From the IMG/VR virus record IMGVR_UViG_3300045988_117477, positions 33,725 to 97,724 of that record: a stretch of 64,000 bases of DNA; one strand, given 5' to 3'. A model generated the notes under the pieces. That model ran no database searches. It worked only from the letters and a program-made list of their open reading frames with translations, and was not told where the DNA came from. Positions 1 through 10,055 of the stretch are shown here, piece by piece. Numbering within the stretch: position 1 is the first letter of the stretch; each line of letters begins with the position of its first letter. This DNA is from a virus. The translations under genes were made by a program, and so were the position numbers.

Positions 1-1
1 A

Positions 2-3000
2 CGGGACAAAGGGGAGAAAGTTGACGAAGATAAGCTTGCCGATTCGGTATTTACCATAGAAGATCTTGGCCAGGTTGGAAACATCACGGATCTCCTTCCT
101 TATATCGAACAAAACAGGATTATTGATAAAGGTCGTATTTCCGAATCTACGTTAAGTAATTTTGGGGAGGATGATGCTAATATAGATTCTCTTGTAAATG
201 AATTAGACGAATCTGATAATACGCCGGGAGCCAATATAGATAGCGCCCAGAATCCAGAGACGTTGATGGTAAGAAGAATCTCCAATGACGGCAATGAAAG
301 GTATGAAATTGCAGGTCTTAGAGCCGATAAATTTATATCTTCTATAAAATCATTGGTTCCTATTCAAATAAGCTCTGAAACGAACGCTAATGGTACTAAA
401 AGGTATTCTCTTAACATAGGTGGAGAAACGGCTACTATAATTGAACTGCCTTATCATGCGAGATGGTCTATAGACAAAGAATCGGCTCGTGTTCTTAACC
501 GTTACACAGATGTGTCTATTCAGGACGTGGGTAATTCATATTCTTTGGTTTATAAGCGTCTTGATTCAGACGAATTGGTTCCGTACAGAACAGGTGTTGG
601 ATTCGGAGAGAATGAAGTAGATAAAATAGATCAGGAAGCATTATCTTCTTTGAAGAAAGGAGATAAGGTTAATCTTGAGATAGATGCAAATGATACCTAT
701 AATCAGTCTCTTTTTGCCGAATACAATGATGCTGTTCAGTCCGGTGATAAAAAAAGAATAGAATCTGCTGAAAATAAGCTGGTATCCAATATGGTTATCA
801 AGGTCATGAGTGGAAACAGATTCGTTTCTGTTGTAAAAGCTGACACAGGAGGCATAGATGGTATAAGTAAGATAAGAAGAACGGCTTTTAACAAGTGGAA
901 GAAGGACGCCGGCCGGTCGGCCACCATCGGCGTCGGCACGCATGTTGTTGCCCAGACCCTTCCTGGAAGACCGGTGTTTAACATGAGAGTAAACGGTCAA
1001 GGATATGGTCAGGTAGAAAATCTCCCTATTACCGAAAAAGGAGCTGAAAAAGTATCTGATGTCGGATATGTATTAAATGGCAAAGTCGTGCTTAAGAACG
1101 GATCTAAATACACAGGCTTCCCATTTGCTTATTCTATATTAAATGACAAGGGGAATAATTACAAAAATGTAAGAGTTCCGGTAGTTGTCATCAAAGGCAA
1201 AAACGGTCTTAATTATCTTTTCCCGGTTAGTCTACGTTCTGTGGAATCAGAGGAAGGAAAGAAATGGATTTCTTTTATAGATATGCTGCTTGAATCAGGT
1301 GACTCTGAATTGTTACAGATGGGTCAAGATGATATACAAGATCTTAATGCGTATCTAACCAAGTTAGGCCTTGATCCGGCTTCGTATCAAGTATCGTATT
1401 TGAATCCTATTTCAGGGCTTAGAAAAGCTCGTGAGGCTATAGAAAAATTATCTACGGTTCCTGATGTTGTTAAATGGGTAGAAGATGAAAGCAGGAATGT
1501 GAAAGACATTGTGATGTCTGAAGTAGAATCTGGAATAGATTTCGAAGGTGAGATGTTTGTCGCTCCTAAGATCAGGATTCAGTTTGGTAAATCATCTTCC
1601 AGACCTAAATCACTTATAGAAGATGATCTCCCTTTCTCCGATGAGGGTAAGACCGTTACTTCCAAGGAAGATGTGGATATTTACGAAGATGAAATGCCAG
1701 AGGAAGACCCTGTCCGGGGGACTCGGCCGGCGCCACCAGCCCAGCCGGCTCCTGCGGCACAAGCTACGCAGTCCTTACATGGCAAGAAGCGCACCTCCAG
1801 AAAAAACTTCTCTCTTATGTTAAACGAAATAGAATCTCATATAGAAAAAGAAGGATTGCCGTCTTATGCTAATATTTTTGATTTTATAGCAAGGAAGATT
1901 GTAGGAGGTGATTTGAGGTTTCTTCGTGAGAGAGGTAATCCTAAAAGCCTTAAGGAGGAAATGGGATTAGAACCTAAAGGAACAGTAGGTGATAAAATAT
2001 CCACTCCTTCCGGTAAAGGTGGTAAGACTTTAGAAGAATACGTTTCTTGGCTTCGTTCTCAAACAGATCAGGTAGTCGAGGATTATGTTGGGCCAAGATC
2101 TGACGAACAAATTATATCAGAGTTGAAAAACTTTTTGAAATATATTAATTTTGTTCCAAGCAAGGCTTTGAATTATTCTCTTAGAGTCAATGGCATGGAT
2201 ACCCTAAAAGAATATGGCACAAAAGAGGAAGTAGAAAAAATGGAATCTGATATCAATAGTTTGGTTTCTAAAGTTTTGCCTACGGTGGACAACCAAACTA
2301 TAGAAGATGTTTCTACTGTAATAAAATCAAACAACTTGCCCGCCATATGGGGGCCCGTGGAAAGCCTTGATATGACAAACGAGGAAAAAATAGAGTTTTT
2401 GAATAACGTAGCAGATTTCCTTAGCGGCATACCAGAGTATGATGCTGTTGTGGAGTCTATAGAGTCAGAATCAGATAATATTTTAAATGATGGAAAAGAA
2501 GGAAGTGCAGAAGGCGGTGCAGTACGCACTGAGGAAGATGGCGATAAAAAGGGAGATGGAGAAGGCAAAGGACAATCCAGAACAAATGTCGAAGTTAAAG
2601 GAAATGTCGAATTACCTGGATCTACAAAAGGAGAAATAGAAAAAGACGAACCTCGTATATCCGAAGAACCGCTTACTCACATATCAAGGGTGACAACCCC
2701 TTATTTCCTGTACGGCGGTGATGAAGCATATACATCTGTTCCGGCTAAGGTAGAACCTATACCGGAGAAGATAATGGGTCGTAATGGCATTAAATTTGGT
2801 ATGAGTGTAGTCGAGTTAACCAAATTAGGGTACAAAAAAGCTGGTGGAAACTGGATATATAAATTCTATATGAACTCAGGTGTGTATGATTTGTATAATA
2901 TCAGTACCGGTGAAGCGTTTAGGGCGAAACCGGATCTTGGAGTTAAGATAAGCTCCAGCGCATTCATTCGCTCTTTATCTCAATCTGGTAGAAAAATACA

Positions 3001-3106
3001 AAATATGATGAGTAATATGAGCCAGGAAGAGATAGATAGGAATAAGAATCTTGTAGAAGGTTCTGATAATTCGGATTCGATAAATGAGTTAAATAAGGAG
3101 TGTTAA
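2..3106 (+). CDS. Large structural or virion-type protein, 5' partial. Contains a Pro/Ala-rich linker PAPPAQPAPAAQ.
   Basis: The frame of ORF 263..3106 has no stop from nt 2 to 262, so the gene starts upstream of the window. It ends at 3106. Low-complexity linker and large size. Confidence 0.5.
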   Translation, partial: RDKGEKVDEDKLADSVFTIEDLGQVGNITDLLPYIEQNRIIDKGRISESTLSNFGEDDANIDSLVNELDESDNTPGANIDSAQNPETLMVRRISNDGNERYEIAGLRADKFISSIKSLVPIQISSETNANGTKRYSLNIGGETATIIELPYHARWSIDKESARVLNRYTDVSIQDVGNSYSLVYKRLDSDELVPYRTGVGFGENEVDKIDQEALSSLKKGDKVNLEIDANDTYNQSLFAEYNDAVQSGDKKRIESAENKLVSNMVIKVMSGNRFVSVVKADTGGIDGISKIRRTAFNKWKKDAGRSATIGVGTHVVAQTLPGRPVFNMRVNGQGYGQVENLPITEKGAEKVSDVGYVLNGKVVLKNGSKYTGFPFAYSILNDKGNNYKNVRVPVVVIKGKNGLNYLFPVSLRSVESEEGKKWISFIDMLLESGDSELLQMGQDDIQDLNAYLTKLGLDPASYQVSYLNPISGLRKAREAIEKLSTVPDVVKWVEDESRNVKDIVMSEVESGIDFEGEMFVAPKIRIQFGKSSSRPKSLIEDDLPFSDEGKTVTSKEDVDIYEDEMPEEDPVRGTRPAPPAQPAPAAQATQSLHGKKRTSRKNFSLMLNEIESHIEKEGLPSYANIFDFIARKIVGGDLRFLRERGNPKSLKEEMGLEPKGTVGDKISTPSGKGGKTLEEYVSWLRSQTDQVVEDYVGPRSDEQIISELKNFLKYINFVPSKALNYSLRVNGMDTLKEYGTKEEVEKMESDINSLVSKVLPTVDNQTIEDVSTVIKSNNLPAIWGPVESLDMTNEEKIEFLNNVADFLSGIPEYDAVVESIESESDNILNDGKEGSAEGGAVRTEEDGDKKGDGEGKGQSRTNVEVKGNVELPGSTKGEIEKDEPRISEEPLTHISRVTTPYFLYGGDEAYTSVPAKVEPIPEKIMGRNGIKFGMSVVELTKLGYKKAGGNWIYKFYMNSGVYDLYNISTGEAFRAKPDLGVKISSSAFIRSLSQSGRKIQNMMSNMSQEEIDRNKNLVEGSDNSDSINELNKEC

Positions 3107-3108
3107 GT

Positions 3109-3639
3109 ATGAGAAGGAGATTTTTTAATGCTGCGGATAATTTTGTGGGAGGATGTTATAATAAGTTATCCAATGAAGATATAAAAAGGCTTGGAGGAAA
3201 AAGACCTTATGTATGTCAGTTTAATAAAATTCATATACATATAGGGCCTGTATTAAAAGATCATGATTCCGATGTCAGTGATATAGTGTTTAATAGTGAC
3301 TGGAATTATGGTAATTATGAATCTACGGTTTATCATCATAGCAATAATGGTATTTTTATATTAGGTGGAAATAAAATTGGTAATATAGAAGACCATATGC
3401 AAGATCTAACATATTGGTACGAATATGATCCGAGTCTTAATGAAAATTATTGTTATTATTATTATGAAGCTGATAATAGTGGAAATGCTATTAAGTTGAA
3501 TGGTGAGTTTAGTGATGTTAGCACTGTTTTTAACATTCCCAGTTTGAAGGTTACCACTCTTCGTGATGGCAGTTTGAGTTTTCCGGAGATTTATATAGAA
3601 GGAATTTGGGATCCGTCATTGTATAAGTCGGTTTTATAA
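3109..3639 (+). CDS. Hypothetical protein. The start at 3100 versus 3109 is ambiguous.
   Basis: 176-179 aa ORF immediately after the large ORF. Asn/Tyr-rich. No recognisable motif. Confidence 0.4.
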   Translation: MRRRFFNAADNFVGGCYNKLSNEDIKRLGGKRPYVCQFNKIHIHIGPVLKDHDSDVSDIVFNSDWNYGNYESTVYHHSNNGIFILGGNKIGNIEDHMQDLTYWYEYDPSLNENYCYYYYEADNSGNAIKLNGEFSDVSTVFNIPSLKVTTLRDGSLSFPEIYIEGIWDPSLYKSVL

Positions 3640-3665
3640 TTAACTTTGCAAAAAAGTTAATTACA

Positions 3666-5921
3666 ATGGGTGTCAAATGTCAGATAGAAAAAAAGGAAAA
3701 TGAAATAAAACGGGTTAAGGCTCCTAACGGGGAGCCTTCCGTTCTTTACGAAAGTGCTTTAAAAGTATTAGGAAACAGCGAGCGGGCCCTTCAGGTATGG
3801 GCTAAGGCTTACACTCCTGGTTTTTTGTCGTATTACGGTCATTGGAACAACCCGGCTCCAGGGGAGATGTTTAATACCGATCCTAATGGCGAACCTCTTT
3901 TAGAAGATGTGCTGTCGTATATGAAGCGTCAGGCTTATTTTTCCGATCCCTTAACGGCTCAGGATGTTAAGGATGTAAGAGATGTTATGATATCCAATTC
4001 CATATATAGCATACGATCTCTTATTAATAGAGTTAGAAGCTCTTTTTACGTGGATGGTAATCTTATCCTAAATGAAGAAAATCTAAGGAGATCCGGCTTG
4101 TACAATGAGACAGAGATAAGTAGGATATTAGATAATCCTTCTGTACTTAATGAGGTCAGCTCTTTTATGAGGTTATTATTAGATTATTCCAATAACGAAC
4201 ACGATCTCGGGAAAGAGTCTTACTTCACAACCGTAGAAAAACCATACGGTCCTGTTGTGTATAAAAATGGCGTCTTCAATAAATTAGGAAAGAGAGCATC
4301 ATATAATCCGGCTGAAGTTTACGAGGTTATAAAAAATACAGTAGGAGGTATTAGTGTTGCTTCAGAGTTTGATGCTGCTTTCGAATCTTTATCTGATTCA
4401 TATCCGGAGTTAGTTGAAAGATATCAGTCGGATAAGAGTTTTGTCTTGTCGCTGTTCAACGAATTTTCGAATATGAACATCGTTCCGGTTGTGGCTTTAG
4501 AAGATAATAATATCGTAGAAGGGAAGAGACGGTCATTATCAAAGTTGCAAGATTATGCTTATTACAGCCCTATTGGATCTGAGTCATTACGAGCTCGTAT
4601 ATCAGCCTTTCTAAACAGGGTTAATGCTGATACAGAAGAAGACCTTAGAAGTATGATATGGGACGTAGAAGAGGCTTGTGTAGGTCTTGGTATAGATATC
4701 GTAGGCGTGTCTAAGGCATATGACGGAACAGAAGAATCGCTGAATAAAATTGATAGCTTGATGCTGGATCTTGATATTTATGTAGCAAGGCGCAACGATG
4801 ATACTTATGCTCCTACCTTAGCTTCTGCTATTGATGACGTTCTTGGAGATAGCAGGGATCGTCGTGTTATGTTTTTGCCAGAGTATATGGATAATATGAA
4901 TATAGTTTATATGGAATCTGACATAGATCCGGTATCGGCATTTGAAAATCATTCTCTGCTTTATCTTGGTGGAAACCTATATCATAAGGTAGAAAGAGAT
5001 AATTTAAGTGATTTGTACGATATGGCTGCCGAGCTTGCCAAGCAGAGTCTAACTTATTTCCCACCTGGTATCTATCCTGAATATTGTTTTAAGGATGGTG
5101 TTTTAGATAAGCGCCGCGTGGAAAACGTAGATAGTAAGGTCCTTGCTGATTCTATTAAAAAATACATCCTGTCTTATACCGATTCTCAGAATACGGAAGA
5201 GATGAATGCTACCAGATTGGCGTTCGGTCATCTTGTTATTCCTGAAAGTCCGTATGTTAATGAAGAACGGGAGTTTAGCCGATACATAAACAGAAAGCAG
5301 GACAAAGAGAATCCTTTACTCTTATTCGATTTATACCAATCTTATCTTGAAAATAAGCTTCATAATACGGAAGTGTATGAAGGGGCATACAAGTATCTTG
5401 ATTTCAAACCGGATCATTTGCTGGGTCTTACCGTTTCAGATCCGGATACGTTAAAACAAATTGAACTATCTTTGGCAGGTAATGATCGTGAGCAGTTATT
5501 TGAGTATAGCATGAGCAGCACCGATCCTTCTTTTACAGATCTGTTCTATTTGGATTATTATGATATGTTATATGCCGGTTCTGATTTCTATCACGATCTT
5601 TTTACAAAACATCCTAATCTCTTAAATGAGGTTCGGGGTCATAACATAACTAATCAGGATGATAATGTTATCGTAGAAGGTTTGTATGATAATTTTATCA
5701 GAATAGGAAACATAGTGTTCACTAAAGTCGGCGAAAGTAGTTCCGGCTCTATCTACCAAAATCTGACAGGAACCGAATCGGAGGTGAAATACGATTCTAC
5801 TCAGAAGGCTAAGACGGTAGAAACCGATTACGCTCCATACCAAAACAGATCTGGCTTGACGCAAGATATGATCGTAAGCAAGTCTGAATTGGATGATCTT
5901 AACAAATTAGAATGCAAATAA
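3666..5921 (+). CDS. Hypothetical large protein (751 aa), possibly virion-associated.
   Basis: Long uninterrupted ORF in the + block. No catalytic motif recognised. Confidence 0.5.
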   Translation: MGVKCQIEKKENEIKRVKAPNGEPSVLYESALKVLGNSERALQVWAKAYTPGFLSYYGHWNNPAPGEMFNTDPNGEPLLEDVLSYMKRQAYFSDPLTAQDVKDVRDVMISNSIYSIRSLINRVRSSFYVDGNLILNEENLRRSGLYNETEISRILDNPSVLNEVSSFMRLLLDYSNNEHDLGKESYFTTVEKPYGPVVYKNGVFNKLGKRASYNPAEVYEVIKNTVGGISVASEFDAAFESLSDSYPELVERYQSDKSFVLSLFNEFSNMNIVPVVALEDNNIVEGKRRSLSKLQDYAYYSPIGSESLRARISAFLNRVNADTEEDLRSMIWDVEEACVGLGIDIVGVSKAYDGTEESLNKIDSLMLDLDIYVARRNDDTYAPTLASAIDDVLGDSRDRRVMFLPEYMDNMNIVYMESDIDPVSAFENHSLLYLGGNLYHKVERDNLSDLYDMAAELAKQSLTYFPPGIYPEYCFKDGVLDKRRVENVDSKVLADSIKKYILSYTDSQNTEEMNATRLAFGHLVIPESPYVNEEREFSRYINRKQDKENPLLLFDLYQSYLENKLHNTEVYEGAYKYLDFKPDHLLGLTVSDPDTLKQIELSLAGNDREQLFEYSMSSTDPSFTDLFYLDYYDMLYAGSDFYHDLFTKHPNLLNEVRGHNITNQDDNVIVEGLYDNFIRIGNIVFTKVGESSSGSIYQNLTGTESEVKYDSTQKAKTVETDYAPYQNRSGLTQDMIVSKSELDDLNKLECK

Positions 5922-6061
5922 TTTTTGTACACATATATAGTTTTTTTATAATTACAATTTGGGAAGTGGGGCTTGTGAAAGTCTCACTTTTCTTATATAT
6001 GCACGTATATCAATAACATACAAGAAAAGTTAGATTTTCATTGTTTATGAATTATTTTTGT

Positions 6062-6069
6062 TAAGTTTG
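6062..6069 (+). promoter_or_regulatory. Bacteroidota-type -7 promoter motif TAAGTTTG (TAnnTTTG).
   Basis: Exact TAnnTTTG match in the 700-bp non-coding region 5922..6628. Confidence 0.3.
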
Positions 6070-6424
6070 CAATATTAGTTTCAGGAAGGGATTATGGAAA
6101 TAAGGAAAAAGTAAGAACCGAACGTAACTAATAACAGTAGGAAATGAGAATCAGTACCATCAAACGTAACAACAGCATTCATCTTATGTATAAAAACATT
6201 ATGAATGATTTAGGTCAATTAAGAACTGTAGTTTCAAAATCCTATATTTATAATCTGATACAAAATCAAACCGGATTAAGTATCAGAACTATATCCCATG
6301 TCTTGAATCACACAAAAGAACAGGATACAGATTCTTTGTGAAAGGCATACATTTTCCTACATTTGTGTGTTCTTTAGTTTTTAGATTTAAGTTTTTCATG
6401 GTATTAGTTTAGATTAGTGTAGAT

Positions 6425-6459
6425 CAGGGCTCGCAGTGATGCGGGCCCTGGTTTGATTT
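6425..6459 (+). terminator. Rho-independent terminator-like hairpin, about 10-bp GC stem CAGGGCTCGC / GCGGGCCCTG, followed by a T-rich tract.
   Basis: Stem 6425-6434 and 6441-6450, 6-nt loop, then GTTTGATTT. Confidence 0.45.
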
Positions 6460-6560
6460 AAAAAGTATTAAAATATTTGCTATTTAAAATCCTGTTCCTA
6501 TCTTTGCTCCAGAAACAATGAACAACGAGATCCCACCTCTGGTTGTTTGATGTTGAAAGA

Positions 6561-6568
6561 TATTTTTG
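6561..6568 (+). promoter_or_regulatory. TATTTTTG -7 promoter-like motif upstream of the Bro-N gene. It is flanked by the inverted repeat GAGATCCCAC (6527-6536) / GTGGGATCTG (6589-6598).
   Basis: TAnnTTTG match 60 nt before the ATG at 6629. A 9/10 inverted repeat brackets it. Confidence 0.3.
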
Positions 6569-6628
6569 GCTCATTAGGGTTTGTCATAGTGGGATCTGAC
6601 ATTCTCTTTTGGGCCTATTTTTTTTATC

Positions 6629-7513
6629 ATGGATAAAGTTTCTGTTTTTGAAAGTTCGGATTTTGGAGAGCTTAGAATTATTGTAGATCCAAAAGGAGAT
6701 GTTTGGTTTGTGGCGTCAGATGTGGCTAAATCTCTTGGATATATAAATGCTAAAGATGCGGTAAAAAGACATGTAGATGATGATGATTCTATGCTTTTGC
6801 AAGTATCTGATAATCAATGGGGCGTAAAACGATCTATATTGAAAACCAGATATATAGATAGTATAAGAATAATTAATGAATCTGGTTTATATTCTCTTAT
6901 ATTATCTTCAAAATTAGAGTCTGCTAAGAGATTTAAGAAATGGGTAACATCTGAGGTTCTTCCTTCTATTCGTAAAACAGGAGAATATAAAACAAGTTCC
7001 GGTGGAAAGGGAATTTTGGTCCCTGACTTTTCTAATCCGGCAGATGCAGCAAGAGCCTGGGCTGATCAATATGAAGCTGCTCAAAAAGCTATAGCCGAAA
7101 AGTCGCAGGCAGAGGCAGAGAAGCAACAAGCTTTGAAAACAATAGAAGAACACAAGCCCGATGTAGAATTTGCCGAGTCTTTTAGGAAAGTAGACCATAA
7201 CAATATGTGGCTGATTCGTGATATTGCAAAGAAGTTAGAGCAAAATGGTGTTATTATTGCTGAAAAGAATCTTCGCTCATTCCTTGAAGAAGCTAAATTC
7301 ATGTTTAGGAACGGTCTTGGCAAATGGGAGCTATATAGCAATGTTGTAGTTAAAGGGTATGGAGTGTATAGGTCTTATTTCATAGATAAGTATTCTGGTG
7401 ATAGAATCAATCAACAAACCATATACATGACAGGCTCCGGATATGAAGTGACCTTAAATGGTATAAAAGGAAAACTCAAAAATGTGTTTCTAAAATATGG
7501 CAAGTTTGCTTAA
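6629..7513 (+). CDS. Bro-N / KilA-C-like phage antirepressor-family protein.
   Basis: N-terminal FGELRIIVDPKGDVWFVASDVAKSLGY is typical of Bro-N (AntA-like) domains. C-terminal domain as in phage antirepressors. Confidence 0.6.
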   Translation: MDKVSVFESSDFGELRIIVDPKGDVWFVASDVAKSLGYINAKDAVKRHVDDDDSMLLQVSDNQWGVKRSILKTRYIDSIRIINESGLYSLILSSKLESAKRFKKWVTSEVLPSIRKTGEYKTSSGGKGILVPDFSNPADAARAWADQYEAAQKAIAEKSQAEAEKQQALKTIEEHKPDVEFAESFRKVDHNNMWLIRDIAKKLEQNGVIIAEKNLRSFLEEAKFMFRNGLGKWELYSNVVVKGYGVYRSYFIDKYSGDRINQQTIYMTGSGYEVTLNGIKGKLKNVFLKYGKFA

Positions 7514-7689
7514 GTTTATTTACAGGTGGTGTTTTGAAAGAATAAAAAACACTACCTTTTTTTGTTTCTGTTTTTGCTGAAAATATTTCTCTTCTATAAG
7601 AAATAAACACACCTATATTCCACCTTACAATCATGAACTTTGTTACGTGCTTCATGCACGTATGTTTAACAATTAAATACTATAAAATT

Positions 7690-8697
7690 ATGGGTGGTGA
7701 TAAAATCGTCCTTTTAGATGGAGCCGGGGCTAACGGTGGTGGTGCAGCCACTAACGGTCTTCTTTCAATGATTCCCGGCATGTTTGCTAATTTGATAGGT
7801 GGTAATAAAATGGATCCGAATCTGGTGGCGGCTTTGATGAACGGTCGTAACAACCAGGACGGTTTCGGTGGGGCTAACGGTTGGTGGCTCTGGATAATTG
7901 TTTTGTTCTGGCTGTGGGGTGGACGCGGCTTCGGTAACGGTTTTGGAAATGGCGGTGATTGTTGTGCCAATGGTTTGCCGGCTCAGTTGAATAACGATTA
8001 CGGTCGTGAACTTTTGATGCAGGCAATTCAAGGTAATCGTAGCGCCATAGATCAGATTGCTTCTGCTTTGAACTGTTCTACTACTCAACTTCAAAACGCT
8101 ATCTGCAACGTACAGGGTGCTATTGATAAAGTAGCTGGTCAGGTAGGTATGACTTCTCAGGCTGTTATCAACGCAGTTCAACAACAAGGTTGTGAAATAG
8201 GAAATCAAATCAGCTCTTGCTGCTGCAATTTGAGTTCGTTGATCAATCAAAGCACTTGCCAGACTCAGGGAATGATTACTCAGCAAGGTTTTGATAACCA
8301 GCTTCGCACGTTGGAACAAACCAATATCTTGCAGAACGGTCTCAACCAAGGTCTGGCTAACAATCGTGAGCAAGCTACAAGCCAATTCAATATCTTGTCT
8401 GCGAAACTTGACGCCCAAACCGTTATGATCAACGACAAATTCTGTCAGTTGGAAATGAGGGAGATGCAGAACACTATTGCTCAACTTCGTGAAGAAAAAG
8501 CGGCTTTGACAGCTTCGGCATTATCTCAGCAACAAACCCAGAATATCGTTGGTCAATTACGCCCGACGGCCGTCCCGGCCTACCCCTCTTGTTCTCCTTA
8601 CCAGGCTTATACTTGGGGACAGGTATTCGGAGGAGGTTGCTGTAATAACGGATGCGGATGTAACAACGGATGTTGCAATAACAACGCTGCTGTCTGA
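7690..8697 (+). CDS. Low-complexity Gly/Asn/Gln/Cys-rich protein with one predicted transmembrane helix (WWLWIIVLFWLWGG) and a C-terminal CCNNGCGCNNGCCNNN tail.
   Basis: ORF 7633..8697. The internal Met at 7690 is preferred because the leader MNFVTCFMHVC looks spurious. Composition read directly. Confidence 0.45.
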   Translation: MGGDKIVLLDGAGANGGGAATNGLLSMIPGMFANLIGGNKMDPNLVAALMNGRNNQDGFGGANGWWLWIIVLFWLWGGRGFGNGFGNGGDCCANGLPAQLNNDYGRELLMQAIQGNRSAIDQIASALNCSTTQLQNAICNVQGAIDKVAGQVGMTSQAVINAVQQQGCEIGNQISSCCCNLSSLINQSTCQTQGMITQQGFDNQLRTLEQTNILQNGLNQGLANNREQATSQFNILSAKLDAQTVMINDKFCQLEMREMQNTIAQLREEKAALTASALSQQQTQNIVGQLRPTAVPAYPSCSPYQAYTWGQVFGGGCCNNGCGCNNGCCNNNAAV

Positions 8698-8720
8698 TTT
8701 TATTAAGAAAGGAGGCTAAT

Positions 8721-9134
8721 ATGGCTTGTGTTTCTAAAATAGGATCGTTGTATGAGATGGTTACGAAGAATGTTATTGTCAGTACGACAAATACAGTCTT
8801 CGGTATTAACCCACGGGCTTGGATCGCCCTTCCGTGTGAGGGTCTTATCCTTCTTAAGATAAGGCAAGTAGTCCCTACAGCCGGAAGTGCTCTACCGGTA
8901 CAGATTGCGGTCCCGGCAAACAGCACAGTTTCAACAGTAGGAGCCGACACCTGTTGCCCGGTTACGGGAGTGAATGTCGTGAACCCTATTAACGTAGCTG
9001 TCACGGGTGCTGCTATGGTAAATGGCACAGAACGCCTTCTGTACTTCAATAAAGTTCGTGGCGTGTTAAGATTAATGGATTGTTGTGTTCCGACAACAAC
9101 AGCCCAGGCGTCTGAAGTTAAAGCAGGTAAATGA
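8721..9134 (+). CDS. Small protein (137 aa) with paired-Cys motifs (TCCPVTG, DCCVP). Preceded by a strong Shine-Dalgarno AAGGAGG.
   Basis: GAAAGGAGGCTAATATG immediately upstream. Unknown fold. Confidence 0.5.
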   Translation: MACVSKIGSLYEMVTKNVIVSTTNTVFGINPRAWIALPCEGLILLKIRQVVPTAGSALPVQIAVPANSTVSTVGADTCCPVTGVNVVNPINVAVTGAAMVNGTERLLYFNKVRGVLRLMDCCVPTTTAQASEVKAGK

Positions 9135-9184
9135 TTTCAGTAGGGTGATGGAGATCATCACCCTATTTTCACCTAACTAATATT

Positions 9185-9679
9185 TTGATCATGTTTTCAG
9201 ATTTGAAGAAAGGGTTTCAGGTACATACCCTTGATACTAATACAGTACCTAAATACGAATTGGGAAAGGTAGTAGCCGTATCCGAACCCAGGTATCTTCC
9301 TCCTCAGCCAGGTCAGTATCAGGCGATGCAGACCCGCGTGGTGGATCTGACGGTAGAGCTCACTGGCGAAACCAAGACCTATACGGTCCCGGAATCCCAG
9401 AATGTGGCTAAGGCTATGGGCATAACATTATCTACCAGCATAGATCCGATTATGAACGAGCTGAATGCCATAAAAAGCACCAGTCAGGAAATAATAGACA
9501 GCGTAGATGCCCATCGTGCCAAGATAGAGGCTTGTGAATCTATATTAGAAGATATCAATCCGGCATTCAAGCAAACGAGAGAGCAGGATCGTAAAATAGC
9601 TGGTATAGAAAATAAGGTGAATGACCTTACTGATTCATTCGAAGATTTAAAGAAGTTAATTGTAGAACGTTTGAAATAA
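9185..9679 (+). CDS. Hypothetical protein with a C-terminal coiled coil.
   Basis: 164 aa ORF with a heptad-like charged C-terminus. Confidence 0.45.
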   Translation: MIMFSDLKKGFQVHTLDTNTVPKYELGKVVAVSEPRYLPPQPGQYQAMQTRVVDLTVELTGETKTYTVPESQNVAKAMGITLSTSIDPIMNELNAIKSTSQEIIDSVDAHRAKIEACESILEDINPAFKQTREQDRKIAGIENKVNDLTDSFEDLKKLIVERLK

Positions 9680-9686
9680 GTATAAT

Positions 9687-10055
9687 ATGATAGTATATGA
9701 TTTAAATTCAGGACACAGAGAATATCCTGGATATGACGAGATAGAAGACAGACGAGGTGGAGGCAGAGGCAGAAGCCGGCGTTCTGATGGGACGTACATG
9801 GGGTATGGTGGTGGTATTTACGACCATTACGGTATGCATGAGAAGATGAAAGAAATGGAAGAGCGCGAAAACGAGCTGGAAGAAAGGGAAAGAAGGCTCG
9901 AAGAGCGCGAACGTCGTCATGAAATGGAGGACCGGGAATACCGGAGGATGGGTTACGAATCCTACCCGACCGATTACTATGGAGACGACAGATACTACGG
10001 TGACGGACCTCAGATGCGTAGAGGTCGCGGACGTGGCAGAGGTCGTTCTTATTGA
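9687..10055 (+). CDS. Arg-Gly (RGG/RGRG) and Glu-Arg repeat protein (ERERRLEERERRHE).
   Basis: GRGRSRR N-terminus, RGRGRGRGRSY C-terminus, ER-repeat helix in the middle. GC-rich relative to the genome. Confidence 0.45.
   Translation: MIVYDLNSGHREYPGYDEIEDRRGGGRGRSRRSDGTYMGYGGGIYDHYGMHEKMKEMEERENELEERERRLEERERRHEMEDREYRRMGYESYPTDYYGDDRYYGDGPQMRRGRGRGRGRSY

Noticed and set aside
641-3106. Numerous antisense or nested ORFs in the track inside large genes (for example 641..1000 -, 736..984 -, 2173..2568 -, 7765..8484 -, 8474..9049 -, 9708..10259 -, 17702..18034 -, 31469..31672 -, 35950..36306 +, 43254..43604 +, 53506..54024 +).
   Set aside because: These are shadow ORFs on the opposite strand or frame of much longer, motif-bearing genes. 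Their composition is typical of antisense low-complexity translation.
6144-6341. The 65-aa ORF in the long non-coding region as a real gene.
   Set aside because: It has no SD or promoter spacing and an odd composition. It may just be part of a non-coding transcript, so it is listed only within the finding on that region.
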